Of a stretch of 64,000 bases of DNA, positions 39,834 to 48,729 are shown piece after piece (within the stretch, counting starts at the first letter, position 1; every line of letters begins with the position of its first letter). The stretch is taken from NCBI GenBank assembly GCA_965223845.1, contig CBDCXR010000004.1, forward strand, positions 1,344,001 to 1,408,000. The letters are read 5' to 3'. The translations under genes were made by a program, and so were the position numbers. Below the pieces are notes generated by a model, which was given only the letters and a program-made list of their open reading frames with translations, was not told where the DNA came from and made no database searches. The stretch is from Planctomycetota bacterium (GTDB lineage: Bacteria; Planctomycetota; UBA8108; SXIK01).

Positions 39834-40607
39834 ATGGCGTGGCTGGGCATCTGGTTCGAATCGCTCGCGGATGAGGGGGGCGCCCGGAGTTCGGAGTGGT
39901 TTCGGGGCCTCGCGGAGCCGCTCGTCTATCCGTACGCCCACTCGTTTCTCGAAGCCGAGACGGAGCGGCTGCGCCGAACCGCGGACCCGAGTCGCATCGT
40001 CCATCGTGGCGAGTCGTTCACGGTGTACTATTCGCTCGCCCACGACGGGATCGAAACGGCGCTCGAGCGACAGGGCTGCCGACTGATTCGATGGCTCTTC
40101 GAGAGCTTCGCCTCGGACGAGAGCCGTGCGACGAGCGCGCGCTTTTCCGAGATCCCGGTCGTCATTCACGAGCCGGACTCGGCCAAAGCCGCGGCACTTG
40201 GTAACGCGCTCACGCTGCTCCGTTTTCTGAGCGCGCAAGAGGATCAGGCGATCGCCAAGCTCGCGCTCGTGCCGTGGAAGTCGCTTCCCGGAGGGCCGCG
40301 CCAGTCGGCCGAAGAGTACGAGAATCGCGTCATCGATTTTCTTCACGGCGAGCTCTTCTATCCCGACGGCATCGATGTCTTCGATGTTCTGGCGCGGCAC
40401 GATCTCAAGCGGCAGCGAACGCTCGGGGCGTGCTGCGAGAGTCAGGTCGGGTTCCTCCGCTCCTTGCTCGACTGGGTGGACGAATGTCCGCCGGCGTCGG
40501 CGTCGGAGCGGGAAGAGCTGACCCGGAAGCTGCGGAACTCACTCGCCGACGAGGCGCGATACTGGCGCGAGAAGCGCCGGAACACGGACGCGCCTCGCTT
40601 CGTGTGA
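39834..40607 (+). CDS. Hypothetical protein
   Basis: ATG after GAGGGGG; host-like codon usage; fills the gap between the CDF and DUF899 genes; no motif recognised. Confidence 0.7.
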   Translation: MAWLGIWFESLADEGGARSSEWFRGLAEPLVYPYAHSFLEAETERLRRTADPSRIVHRGESFTVYYSLAHDGIETALERQGCRLIRWLFESFASDESRATSARFSEIPVVIHEPDSAKAAALGNALTLLRFLSAQEDQAIAKLALVPWKSLPGGPRQSAEEYENRVIDFLHGELFYPDGIDVFDVLARHDLKRQRTLGACCESQVGFLRSLLDWVDECPPASASEREELTRKLRNSLADEARYWREKRRNTDAPRFV

Positions 40608-40673
40608 GACACGCTGTTGATTCAACGCACCGCGAGATGCAGAAATTTGACCTCGTTTTCTCGGAGCTCGACC

Positions 40674-41435
40674 ATGACCGAACCTCGCATCGTCTCGAAA
40701 GAAGAGTGGCTCTCGGCGCGGCTCGAGCTGCTCGAGAAGGAGAAGGAACTCACTCGCCTCCGCGACGAAGTGAGTCGTGAGCTCCGGAAACTCCCGTGGG
40801 AGCGAGTCGAAAAGGAGTACGTCTTCGCGGGGCCAGCGGGCGAGGAGACGCTCTCCGACCTCTTTGCGGGACGAAGCCAACTGATCGTCTACCACTTCAT
40901 GTTCGATCCGGAGTGGGCGGAAGGTTGTAAGTCCTGCTCGCTCCTTGCCGACCATTACAACTCGGCGATCGTTCACCTCGAGCAGCGCGACGCGACGCTG
41001 GTCACCGTCTCGCGCGCACCGCTCGAAACGCTCGCGGAGTTTCAGCGGCGGATGGGCTGGACGTTCAAATGGGTCTCTTCGCACGGAAGCGACTTCAACC
41101 GAGACTACCACGTGACGTTCGACGCGGCCGGGCCGGATACCGAAGTCTATTACAACTACGAAATGCAGTCCTTTCCCGTGTCGGAGGCTCCGGGGATGAG
41201 CGTGTTCGCGAAGAGAGCGGGCAGCGTGTTCCACACGTACTCGACCTACGCGCGCGGACTCGACCGCTTCATTGGCGTCTATCATCTGCTCGATACACTC
41301 CCGAAAGGACGTGATGAGGACGATTTCGCCTACGGCATGGAATGGGTGCGGCACCACGACCGTTACGCGGACTCGAGCTTCGTCGACCCCTACAAGGACA
41401 AGCTCGGCTCCGACACACCGCCGAAATCGAAATGA
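40674..41435 (+). CDS. DUF899-family (thioredoxin-like) protein
   Basis: EEWL.AR.ELL.KEKE.TR.RD, LSDLFAGRSQLIVYHFMF, GCKSCS and FHTYSTYARG motifs. Confidence 0.92.
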   Translation: MTEPRIVSKEEWLSARLELLEKEKELTRLRDEVSRELRKLPWERVEKEYVFAGPAGEETLSDLFAGRSQLIVYHFMFDPEWAEGCKSCSLLADHYNSAIVHLEQRDATLVTVSRAPLETLAEFQRRMGWTFKWVSSHGSDFNRDYHVTFDAAGPDTEVYYNYEMQSFPVSEAPGMSVFAKRAGSVFHTYSTYARGLDRFIGVYHLLDTLPKGRDEDDFAYGMEWVRHHDRYADSSFVDPYKDKLGSDTPPKSK

Positions 41436-42454
41436 AACACGTCCCCTCGCCCTTTCCTTCGAGCGATCCGACCTCGATCTACCGCCACCGCGACGGCGTC
41501 CTCGCGGTCGAGCTTCTCGTCGCGGCGCTATGCCACTTCGACCTCTTCTCGCTTCTTGCGAAGAGAGCGCTCACGGCGAGTGAGCTCTGCGCCGAGCTCG
41601 GGCTCGACGCGCGGGCGGCCGATGTCATGCTTACGCTGCTCGTCGCCATGGAGTACCTCGAGCGCGATGGCGAAGTCGTACGGGCGACGCTGAAGGCGAG
41701 AGAGTTCCTAGCGGCCGACTCGCCGTGGAGCCTCGTTCCCTACTACGAATCGATGCGCGAGCGACCCGCGTGCCGGACGATGGTCGACGTCCTCCGGACG
41801 GGAGTACCGGCGAGCTGGGCGGCTCAGGACGAGGAGTGGGCGGTCAAGATGGCCGATCCAGAGTTTGCCCGGTCGTTTACCGCAGAGATGAACTGTCGCG
41901 GCGTCTATCTCGGCTCGCGGCTCGCGGAAAGTGTCGACCTCTCCGGTCATTCACACGTTCTCGATGTCGGCGGCGGATCGGGCATCTACGCTGCGAGTCT
42001 CGTCGCGGCGAACGAGCATCTCGCCGCGACCGTCCTCGAGAAGCCGCCCGTCGACGCGATCGCGGCGCGGGAGATCGCCGCGCGCGGCCTCGAGGCCCGC
42101 GTCGCGACCGTCGCCGGGGACATGTTCGCGCCGCCGCTACCGAGCGGTGCCGACGTCCATCTCTACTCGAACGTTCTTCACGACTGGGGCGAGAGTGCAG
42201 TTCGGCAGCTCCTCGCACACTCCCACGCCGCGCTTCCGCCGGGAGGTCTCGTCGTCATTCACGACGCGTTCGTCAATCGCGAGAAGACCGGTCCGCTCCA
42301 CGTCGCAGAGTACTCCGTGCTGCTCATGCACTACACGGAGGGAAAGTGCTACTCGCTCGGGGAGATGCAGGAATACCTCTCAGCAGCCGGGTTCCGGGAC
42401 GTCTCCCACCGAGATGTCGCTGCGGCGCGCGGAGTGGTCACCGCACGCCGCTGA
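41432..42454 (+). CDS. SAM-dependent O-methyltransferase (Methyltransf_2 with dimerisation domain)
   Basis: LDVGGGSG, AGDMF, SNVLHDW and LPPGG motifs; ATGA overlap with DUF899. Confidence 0.88.
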   Translation: MKHVPSPFPSSDPTSIYRHRDGVLAVELLVAALCHFDLFSLLAKRALTASELCAELGLDARAADVMLTLLVAMEYLERDGEVVRATLKAREFLAADSPWSLVPYYESMRERPACRTMVDVLRTGVPASWAAQDEEWAVKMADPEFARSFTAEMNCRGVYLGSRLAESVDLSGHSHVLDVGGGSGIYAASLVAANEHLAATVLEKPPVDAIAAREIAARGLEARVATVAGDMFAPPLPSGADVHLYSNVLHDWGESAVRQLLAHSHAALPPGGLVVIHDAFVNREKTGPLHVAEYSVLLMHYTEGKCYSLGEMQEYLSAAGFRDVSHRDVAAARGVVTARR

Positions 42455-42502
42455 TACTGGGGACCCGCGGGCACCGAGGGGAGAGACCCGTCGTTCCCGC
42501 GC

Positions 42503-42904
42503 CTACCAGTTCCGACCCATCCGAGGGCCGCGGAGCTGGCCTTCGGTGTAGCTGAGGAAACCGATGTAGCGCGCCTGCTTGATCGCCCTCTGGGCGAGGC
42601 GCTGATGCCGCGCGCAGTTCCCGCTGCGCCGCCGCGAGAGGATCTTCCCTTGCGGCGTGAGGAGCATCTGCAGATTCTGGATGTCCTTGTAGTCGATCGT
42701 CGCCATGCGTTCTTGGCAGAAGCGACAGCGCGATCGCTTTTGACCCGGGGCGAAGCGCGGCTTGCCGGCGCCCTCCTGGGGCTTCGCCTCCTGGGGCTTG
42801 GCGTCGCCGGACGCCGCGCCCTCGGCGGGAGGGCTGGCGGCAGGGGTGGTTGCGGTGTCAGCTTGGGATGGTCCGCCGTTCTCGGCGGCCGCTGGCTCGG
42901 TCAT
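42503..42904 (-). CDS. rpsR: 30S ribosomal protein S18 with N-terminal extension
   Basis: CRFC...IDYKD...GKILSRRRSGNCARHQR....AIKQAR motif. Confidence 0.95.
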   Translation of the reverse strand: MTEPAAAENGGPSQADTATTPAASPPAEGAASGDAKPQEAKPQEGAGKPRFAPGQKRSRCRFCQERMATIDYKDIQNLQMLLTPQGKILSRRRSGNCARHQRLAQRAIKQARYIGFLSYTEGQLRGPRMGRNW

Positions 42905-43024
42905 CGAAAGGGATCTCCGGGACCCGGGGAACTCGGTTCGCCTCCACGCGCGACTGTCGCGCGGCCGTGCGAACCGCTCACTGTAGCGAACTTGTCGCGG
43001 AGATCAAGGGACTCCCCGAGCGGT

Positions 43025-43885
43025 CTAACGCGAGCTCGGCAGGGCTCTACCGAAGGAGCTCCAGCTCGGTGCGAGCTCCTCGGCGCGGGCCTCGCGCCAC
43101 GCGCCGGAGCTCCAGGTCCGGTCGAGCGCGACCGGCTCAAATCCGCGCCGGATTCCGGCGGGCGTGCTAGCGTCGACCGCGATCGGACGTCGCTCCGTCG
43201 CGACGCTGCGGGCCATTTCGCGACCGGAAGCCGAGGATCCGTGCGCCGGCGCCGCCGAGAGAACCGCCTCTGCTCGTCCGTGCTGGACGCGCGAACGGGA
43301 GGGGCGCGCACTCGTCCGCACGCGTCCGAATCGGGGCGGGGCGAACGCGGCGGGCTCGAGCGGGGGGAGCTCGACGACGCCCGAATCGGCGAGGACGGCG
43401 AAGCGATCGCCGCACTCGGAGCCGAGCTCGGCGCGAACCTGGCGCGCTCTCCGGCCGGGCTCACCCGGCCGGAGCTCGACGTGCGCTGAGCCGTCGCGAC
43501 GTGGCACCGCACGCTGGAACACCGGTGGGGCGCCGGGGTGGTTATCGTCGTAGAGGCGAAGAACCAGCGCGTCGCTCGCGAAATCCCGCCAGCGTCCTCC
43601 GAGCTCGTCCGGGATGCGCCAGAACGCGAACACGACCCGCGGATCGACCGCGGTGAGCCCGAGCGTCGGCGCCGTGACGTCCTTCGGTGGGGACGGATGC
43701 GAAACTCGCGCGGCCGGAATCGGTTTCGCTGCGGCGATGTCCGCCGGCGCGACGTCCGTAGGCGGGGACGCGATGGAGCGACGGCGCTCGCGCTCGCTCG
43801 TCCGGCGCCAGCGGCGGATCACCGGGCCGATGATGGGCAAGCGCTCCGCGAGATCGCGGAAGGGGCGGCGGGCGGGCTTCGTCAT
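43025..43885 (-). CDS. DUF4912-domain protein
   Basis: VDPRVVFAFWRI, LVLRLYD and VRAELG...FAVLADSGVVELPP; Ser/Trp-rich tail. Start uncertain. Confidence 0.7.
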   Translation of the reverse strand: MTKPARRPFRDLAERLPIIGPVIRRWRRTSERERRRSIASPPTDVAPADIAAAKPIPAARVSHPSPPKDVTAPTLGLTAVDPRVVFAFWRIPDELGGRWRDFASDALVLRLYDDNHPGAPPVFQRAVPRRDGSAHVELRPGEPGRRARQVRAELGSECGDRFAVLADSGVVELPPLEPAAFAPPRFGRVRTSARPSRSRVQHGRAEAVLSAAPAHGSSASGREMARSVATERRPIAVDASTPAGIRRGFEPVALDRTWSSGAWREARAEELAPSWSSFGRALPSSR

Positions 43886-44101
43886 GGCTGTTTGCTCCTC
43901 TGCCCGTCGGACGATGGGAGTCGATCTCCGCGATTGCGTCCGACTTATTCTGCGGAGGATACGCCAGCCTAGAACCGGAGACAAGATGTCGAGGCGCACG
44001 GCGGGATGGGCGAATTGTCGCGCCTTGCTCGCGCGTGCGTCCGCGACGGGGCGAGGCACGGACCGCGGATCCCGGGGGCAACCGACGAGCGGGATCGACC
44101 G

Positions 44102-46165
44102 TCAGATGGAGAGGCACTCGCCGAAGCGATCGTCCGTCGCGTCCAGACCCGGATTCGGGAACGGAACCGAGGGCGGCCGGCCGCCGCTGAAGAGAAAGTT
44201 GAGGAGCGCAACCGCGCCGCTGATGTCGATGCGACCCGAGTCGTGCACGTCCGCGGCGTCGAAGCAAAGCGGGGGATCGCCATTTTGAAAGAGATACGCG
44301 AGGATTCCGATCGCGTCTCCGAGATTCACGCCACCGTCGTTCGTAAAATCGCCGCGGACGAAGCGACGCGGAAACGGTGGCTCGACAAGGCGAATCGTGA
44401 CTTTGCTGCTCTTCAGCGCGGGCAGACGAATTCCTCCGTTGACGACAAAGACGTTGCGAACTTTCGAAACGCGGGCGTCGTTGACGAGGCGGATCTCCGT
44501 CGTTTCACCCTGCGGAGCATCGACGTCGACGTCGAAGATCAGGTTGAGGAGGCGCTGTTCCTCGCCGGGAGGAAGCATCGTTTCCTCGATGGGAGGCTCG
44601 ATCTCGAAGAGACAGCCGACTTCAAAGCTCGTGTCGAGGTCGTTCAGAATGAAGAACTCGGGCTCGATCTTGCTCGTCGCGATCGACGTCATGCGAAACT
44701 CCGACCCCGTCAGGTGGAGAAAGTTAGGATCGTAGAGCCCGAAAATTTGAAAGCCGGCGAGCTCCTCCACGTGCGTGACGACGACGGGAAACCAGACTCC
44801 TTGCGCTCCGGGGAGAACGAGCTGATCGGGAATGCGCATCGCATTGAGCGGATCCTGGACGGCGATCAGGTTCTCGAATTCGGTCGAGTCCTGAACTCCA
44901 CCCGGCCCCCACACCGTGAGTTTGACCGTGTACTCGCCCGAGTCTTGGTAGGTGTGCGTCGGGTTCGGGAGCTCCGATTGTCCGCCGTCACCGAAGTCCC
45001 AGAACCGGCGCACGACGCCTCCGCTCGACAGATCGGTGAACTGAACCGTGAGCGGCACCCGCCCCGAAGTCGGAGCCGCGGTGAACGAAGCGGTGGGCGC
45101 GCAGGCGTTGTTGGCGTAGTACGCCGCGCCATCGCGAAGAAAAGAGACGTGGAGGTTGCCGAGGAGGTCGATATCGAGGCTCGGCGCGGACTCGATGACT
45201 TCCGTCTCGAGAACGCGTTCGGGCGGGTTGAGCGATGCGCCCTGACCGGTGATCGTGTAGAGATCGCCCCGTGAAGAGTACGCGATGAGGACGCGCCCGT
45301 CCGATCCGATCCGCATCGCCGGGTCGAGCACGCGATCCGTCGCGAGGAGGCGCTGCGGTTCGAACGGTTCGCCGGGAACGCGAGCGGAGAGGTAGAGGCT
45401 GTTGTTGCTCTCGTAGAGGGTGAGGACGTCTCCGTTCGGAGTGACGCCGATGGAGAGCGCGGCTTCGGGAACGAAGGGCGAACGGGTCACCTGAGTCGGC
45501 GCAGTGAACTCTCCCGCGCGGTCGTTCGCGTAGAAGACGTCGTTCTCCATGACGTACGCGACGTGCGCGACGCCTTCGGAGTCGACGGTGAGCGCAGGCG
45601 AACGTGCGTCATCGGCGACCGTGATCTCCTCACCGCGCTCGAGCGTCCAGTGGACGATGCGCGATGAGGTTCCGATCCGCTGGAGCCACACCGCGTGCGG
45701 GCTGCGGCTTCGCGCGAGCACGAGGCGCGGCGCGAAGTCGTCGACGCGGTTGTGGGTGACTCGCTCGGGTTCACCGAACGAGCCGCCGGCGTTGTGCGCG
45801 AGGTAGAGCTCGCGTCCGAACTCGGGGCGCTCGGGGTCGAGCTGCGTGAACAGGAGGAAAGCGACTCCGTCCGCGCCGACATCGATACTCGGCTTGCCGC
45901 GCTGTCCGTTTCCCGCGATCGCGACGTGTCGCGCCGTCGCCGGAGAGACGATGCTGACTTCGAGTCGTGAATCGACGATGTTCGCGATGTACGCGTTTCC
46001 TACGGCGTCGACGCGGAGTCGAGTGTCGGTGGTCGAGCCGTCGACCGCCTCGAGCGCGGTCTCCTGCCATGCGCCCGCGCACTCTTGCGCCTCGCCCGCG
46101 CTAGGTAGAGCGAGGGCGAACAGGTACAAAACTGCCGCTCCAAGTGGAACGAAAGGCCTAGTCAT
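44102..46165 (-). CDS. Secreted protein: beta-propeller + PKD + cohesin-like + dockerin-like tail
   Basis: Signal peptide; seven P-x-[LI]-x-[VI]-[DG]-x-x-G-like blade repeats; PKD (VQFTDLS...WDFGDG...NPTHTY); LAGFQIFGLYDP beta-sandwich; FVRGDFTNDG tail. Confidence 0.85.
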   Translation of the reverse strand: MTRPFVPLGAAVLYLFALALPSAGEAQECAGAWQETALEAVDGSTTDTRLRVDAVGNAYIANIVDSRLEVSIVSPATARHVAIAGNGQRGKPSIDVGADGVAFLLFTQLDPERPEFGRELYLAHNAGGSFGEPERVTHNRVDDFAPRLVLARSRSPHAVWLQRIGTSSRIVHWTLERGEEITVADDARSPALTVDSEGVAHVAYVMENDVFYANDRAGEFTAPTQVTRSPFVPEAALSIGVTPNGDVLTLYESNNSLYLSARVPGEPFEPQRLLATDRVLDPAMRIGSDGRVLIAYSSRGDLYTITGQGASLNPPERVLETEVIESAPSLDIDLLGNLHVSFLRDGAAYYANNACAPTASFTAAPTSGRVPLTVQFTDLSSGGVVRRFWDFGDGGQSELPNPTHTYQDSGEYTVKLTVWGPGGVQDSTEFENLIAVQDPLNAMRIPDQLVLPGAQGVWFPVVVTHVEELAGFQIFGLYDPNFLHLTGSEFRMTSIATSKIEPEFFILNDLDTSFEVGCLFEIEPPIEETMLPPGEEQRLLNLIFDVDVDAPQGETTEIRLVNDARVSKVRNVFVVNGGIRLPALKSSKVTIRLVEPPFPRRFVRGDFTNDGGVNLGDAIGILAYLFQNGDPPLCFDAADVHDSGRIDISGAVALLNFLFSGGRPPSVPFPNPGLDATDDRFGECLSI

Positions 46166-46411
46166 CGGCGAACTCTGCGTGAGACCGAAACCACGGGGAA
46201 TGTCGCTCAGGGGAGAGTCTCCAGTGTCGTGGTTCCCGCACCGAAGTGCAACGGGCCAGCCTTGGGACGCGCAGTGGACTCGGGCGCCTCGACCCCGGTT
46301 CTCTCGAGCCGTCTCCCCGTCGAGGCGCGTTCTTCGGTGGACGTATGGTACGCTGAGCCAGCTCGCCGGAGGCAGCGAGCGTCGGCCCCGGAGGGCAATC
46401 GAGGAGCGACG

Positions 46412-47263
46412 TTGAACGCGATCGAGCGAGTAGAGTTCCGAGTGCTCGGCTCGGGGACCTCGGCGGGAGTGCCCATCATCGCCTGCGGCTGCCGAGTCTG
46501 CACGTCGGAGGATCCGCGAGACCGCCGCACCCGCGCGAGTGCCTGCCTTCGATTTCGCGATCCGGATGGACTGCCGCGCACGGTTCTCATCGATACGTCG
46601 CCCGACCTTCGAGCTCAGGCGCTCCGGCACTCTATCGAACGGTGCGATGCGATCGTCTTCACCCACGGGCACGTCGATCACATCTTCGGACTCGACGAAG
46701 TGCGCCGGTTCAACGCGGTGATGCGCTCGAGCATTCCGATCTACGCCGAAGACGAAACACTCGCGGACCTCCGGCGCGTGTACCGCCACATCTTCGACCA
46801 TCACACGAATGTGAACGTCTCCTGGGTCGCGCGTCTCGAGCCGGTGGCCATCCGTCCGGGCGAGTCGCTCGATCTCTTCGGCCTCCGCTGGACGCCGCTT
46901 CGGCTCCTGCACGGAAAGCTGCCGATCCTCGGATTTCGCATCGACGCGCTTCTGCCGTCGGGTGAGGTCGATCGGGAACCGGCGCTGCCACTCCCGCTCG
47001 CTTACTGTACCGACGTCTCGACGATCCCGGACGAGACCTGGCCTCGACTCGAGGGGATTCGCACCCTCGTCCTCGACCTCCTTCGGCTCAAGCCGCATCC
47101 GACGCACCTCTCACTCGACGAAGCCGTTGCGGTCGCCGAACGTGTGGGCGCCGAGGCGACGTGGTTCACGCACATGACCCACGATGTTCTCCACGCGGAG
47201 GTGGACGCCGCGCTGCCGCGGCGGATGGCGCTTTCCTACGACGGTCTTTCGCTGGGCGGTTGA
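46412..47263 (+). CDS. Metallo-beta-lactamase-fold hydrolase (PhnP-like)
   Basis: LGSGTSAGVP.I.C.C.VC.S.DPRDRR.R, IDTSPDLR.Q, THGHVDH, AYCTD and THMTH motifs; TTG start after GAGGAG. Confidence 0.9.
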   Translation: MNAIERVEFRVLGSGTSAGVPIIACGCRVCTSEDPRDRRTRASACLRFRDPDGLPRTVLIDTSPDLRAQALRHSIERCDAIVFTHGHVDHIFGLDEVRRFNAVMRSSIPIYAEDETLADLRRVYRHIFDHHTNVNVSWVARLEPVAIRPGESLDLFGLRWTPLRLLHGKLPILGFRIDALLPSGEVDREPALPLPLAYCTDVSTIPDETWPRLEGIRTLVLDLLRLKPHPTHLSLDEAVAVAERVGAEATWFTHMTHDVLHAEVDAALPRRMALSYDGLSLGG

Positions 47264-48498
47264 GCCCGCGCGCCCGGCTTCGAGTCGGCGCGTCGCATCC
47301 GTGCGCGTGCCACCCAAACGGGAACGCTCGCGATCGTGTACCACACGCTCGCGAAGAGGAGCGAACAACCTACCGTGACGAAAAGCGCAGCGAAGCCGAA
47401 TCCCTCTGCGAGCTCACCGAGAATTGGTCCGCCGAGCATCGTGCCGGCGTCGAGCACCATGAGGGCGAGCGCGGATGCGGTTCCGTTCGCTGCGGCCGGA
47501 AACGGCTGGAGTACGAGCGCCATCATCGTGTGAAACATGAGCGCGTGGCCCGTGCCGCAGAGAACACCCGGGAGAAGCAGCCAGGCGACGTGGGTCGGTT
47601 CGACCCAAAGGAAGGAGAACATCCCGGCCGCGAGCGTCACCGTGCCGAGGAGGAGGACCTTGCGCCGGCCGACGCGATCGGGCACTCGCCGTGACGCGAG
47701 GCGCACCGTGAAGCCCCAGCCGCCGTAGCCGAGAAAGAAATACCCGATTTCCGAACCGCTTTCGGGCGGTGGCGGCGCCGCGTCGATGAAGTTCGCGATG
47801 AAGCCGAACGGAACCGTGAGTGCGATCCCGAAGACGAGCACCACGAGGAGGATCGAGCCGGGCCAGAACCGCCGAGTCGTCTCGACGAAGTCGCGCAAGC
47901 GCACCGCACCGACTCGTTCCTCGCTCGGCGGGCGCGGGAGGAGTGCGAGCGAGGCGAACGGGAGGACGCAGAGTCCCGCGACGGCGGCGAAGAAGAGCGC
48001 GAATTGGGACCAGGTTCGGTTTCCCTCTTCCCCTAGGAACAGATCGCCGAGGAACGGGCCGAGACTCATGCCGACGAACCCCGCCGCTCCCATGACGCCG
48101 ATCGCCTCGGTACGACGAGCCGGCGGTGCTATGTGGGCAACGTAGGCGAGGCTGCTCGTGAAGACGAGTGCGGTGCCGAAGGTGTTTCCGATCCGGAGGA
48201 GGTAGGCCGCCACGCCGAGGGTGTCGACGGCGATGTTTCCGGCGCTCGTCACCGCGAAGAGAACGAGACCGGTCGCGAGGGCGGTTTTCGTCCCGATGCG
48301 ATCGATCCACTGGCCCATCCACGGGCGAAGAGCGAGACCGACGATCGGCGCTGCGCCGAGGATCAAGCCCACATCGCGAACCGAACCGTCCAACCACTCG
48401 ACCCAACGCGCGTAGTGCGTGAGCGCCGCGTGCGCGAGAACGAAGAGCACTTGACCCGCAAAGAGGATCGCGAACGTGCGCGTGTAGAGAGGTTGCAA
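47236..48498 (-). CDS. MFS transporter
   Basis: About 12 TM segments; GQWIDRIG and PDRVGRR motifs; 28-bp convergent overlap with the MBL gene. Confidence 0.88.
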   Translation of the reverse strand: MQPLYTRTFAILFAGQVLFVLAHAALTHYARWVEWLDGSVRDVGLILGAAPIVGLALRPWMGQWIDRIGTKTALATGLVLFAVTSAGNIAVDTLGVAAYLLRIGNTFGTALVFTSSLAYVAHIAPPARRTEAIGVMGAAGFVGMSLGPFLGDLFLGEEGNRTWSQFALFFAAVAGLCVLPFASLALLPRPPSEERVGAVRLRDFVETTRRFWPGSILLVVLVFGIALTVPFGFIANFIDAAPPPPESGSEIGYFFLGYGGWGFTVRLASRRVPDRVGRRKVLLLGTVTLAAGMFSFLWVEPTHVAWLLLPGVLCGTGHALMFHTMMALVLQPFPAAANGTASALALMVLDAGTMLGGPILGELAEGFGFAALFVTVGCSLLFASVWYTIASVPVWVARARMRRADSKPGARAQPPSERPS

Positions 48499-48729
48499 GC
48501 GAGGGACGAGCTCGGGGAATTTCGGAGCGCCGACACGCGAAGCGATGACCGGCGAGAACGCAGAGAGGGGGATTCGGCGCCGGCGCCATCTCGCGGCGGC
48601 CCGTAGAGGCGCGGTATCCTACCGCGGAGGTCCGCTCCGCTTCCACCGCGGGAAGCCGTGCGCCGGTGGCGCAGGAGCGTCGGGAGAGCACAGACCACGC
48701 GGCGGCTCGAGAAGGAAACGAGAACGAAG

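Noticed and set aside
46166-47107. Extra ~314 N-terminal residues of the 1001-aa ORF (44102-47107)
   Set aside because: This is the antisense shadow of the PhnP-like gene. The signal peptide begins at ATG 46165.
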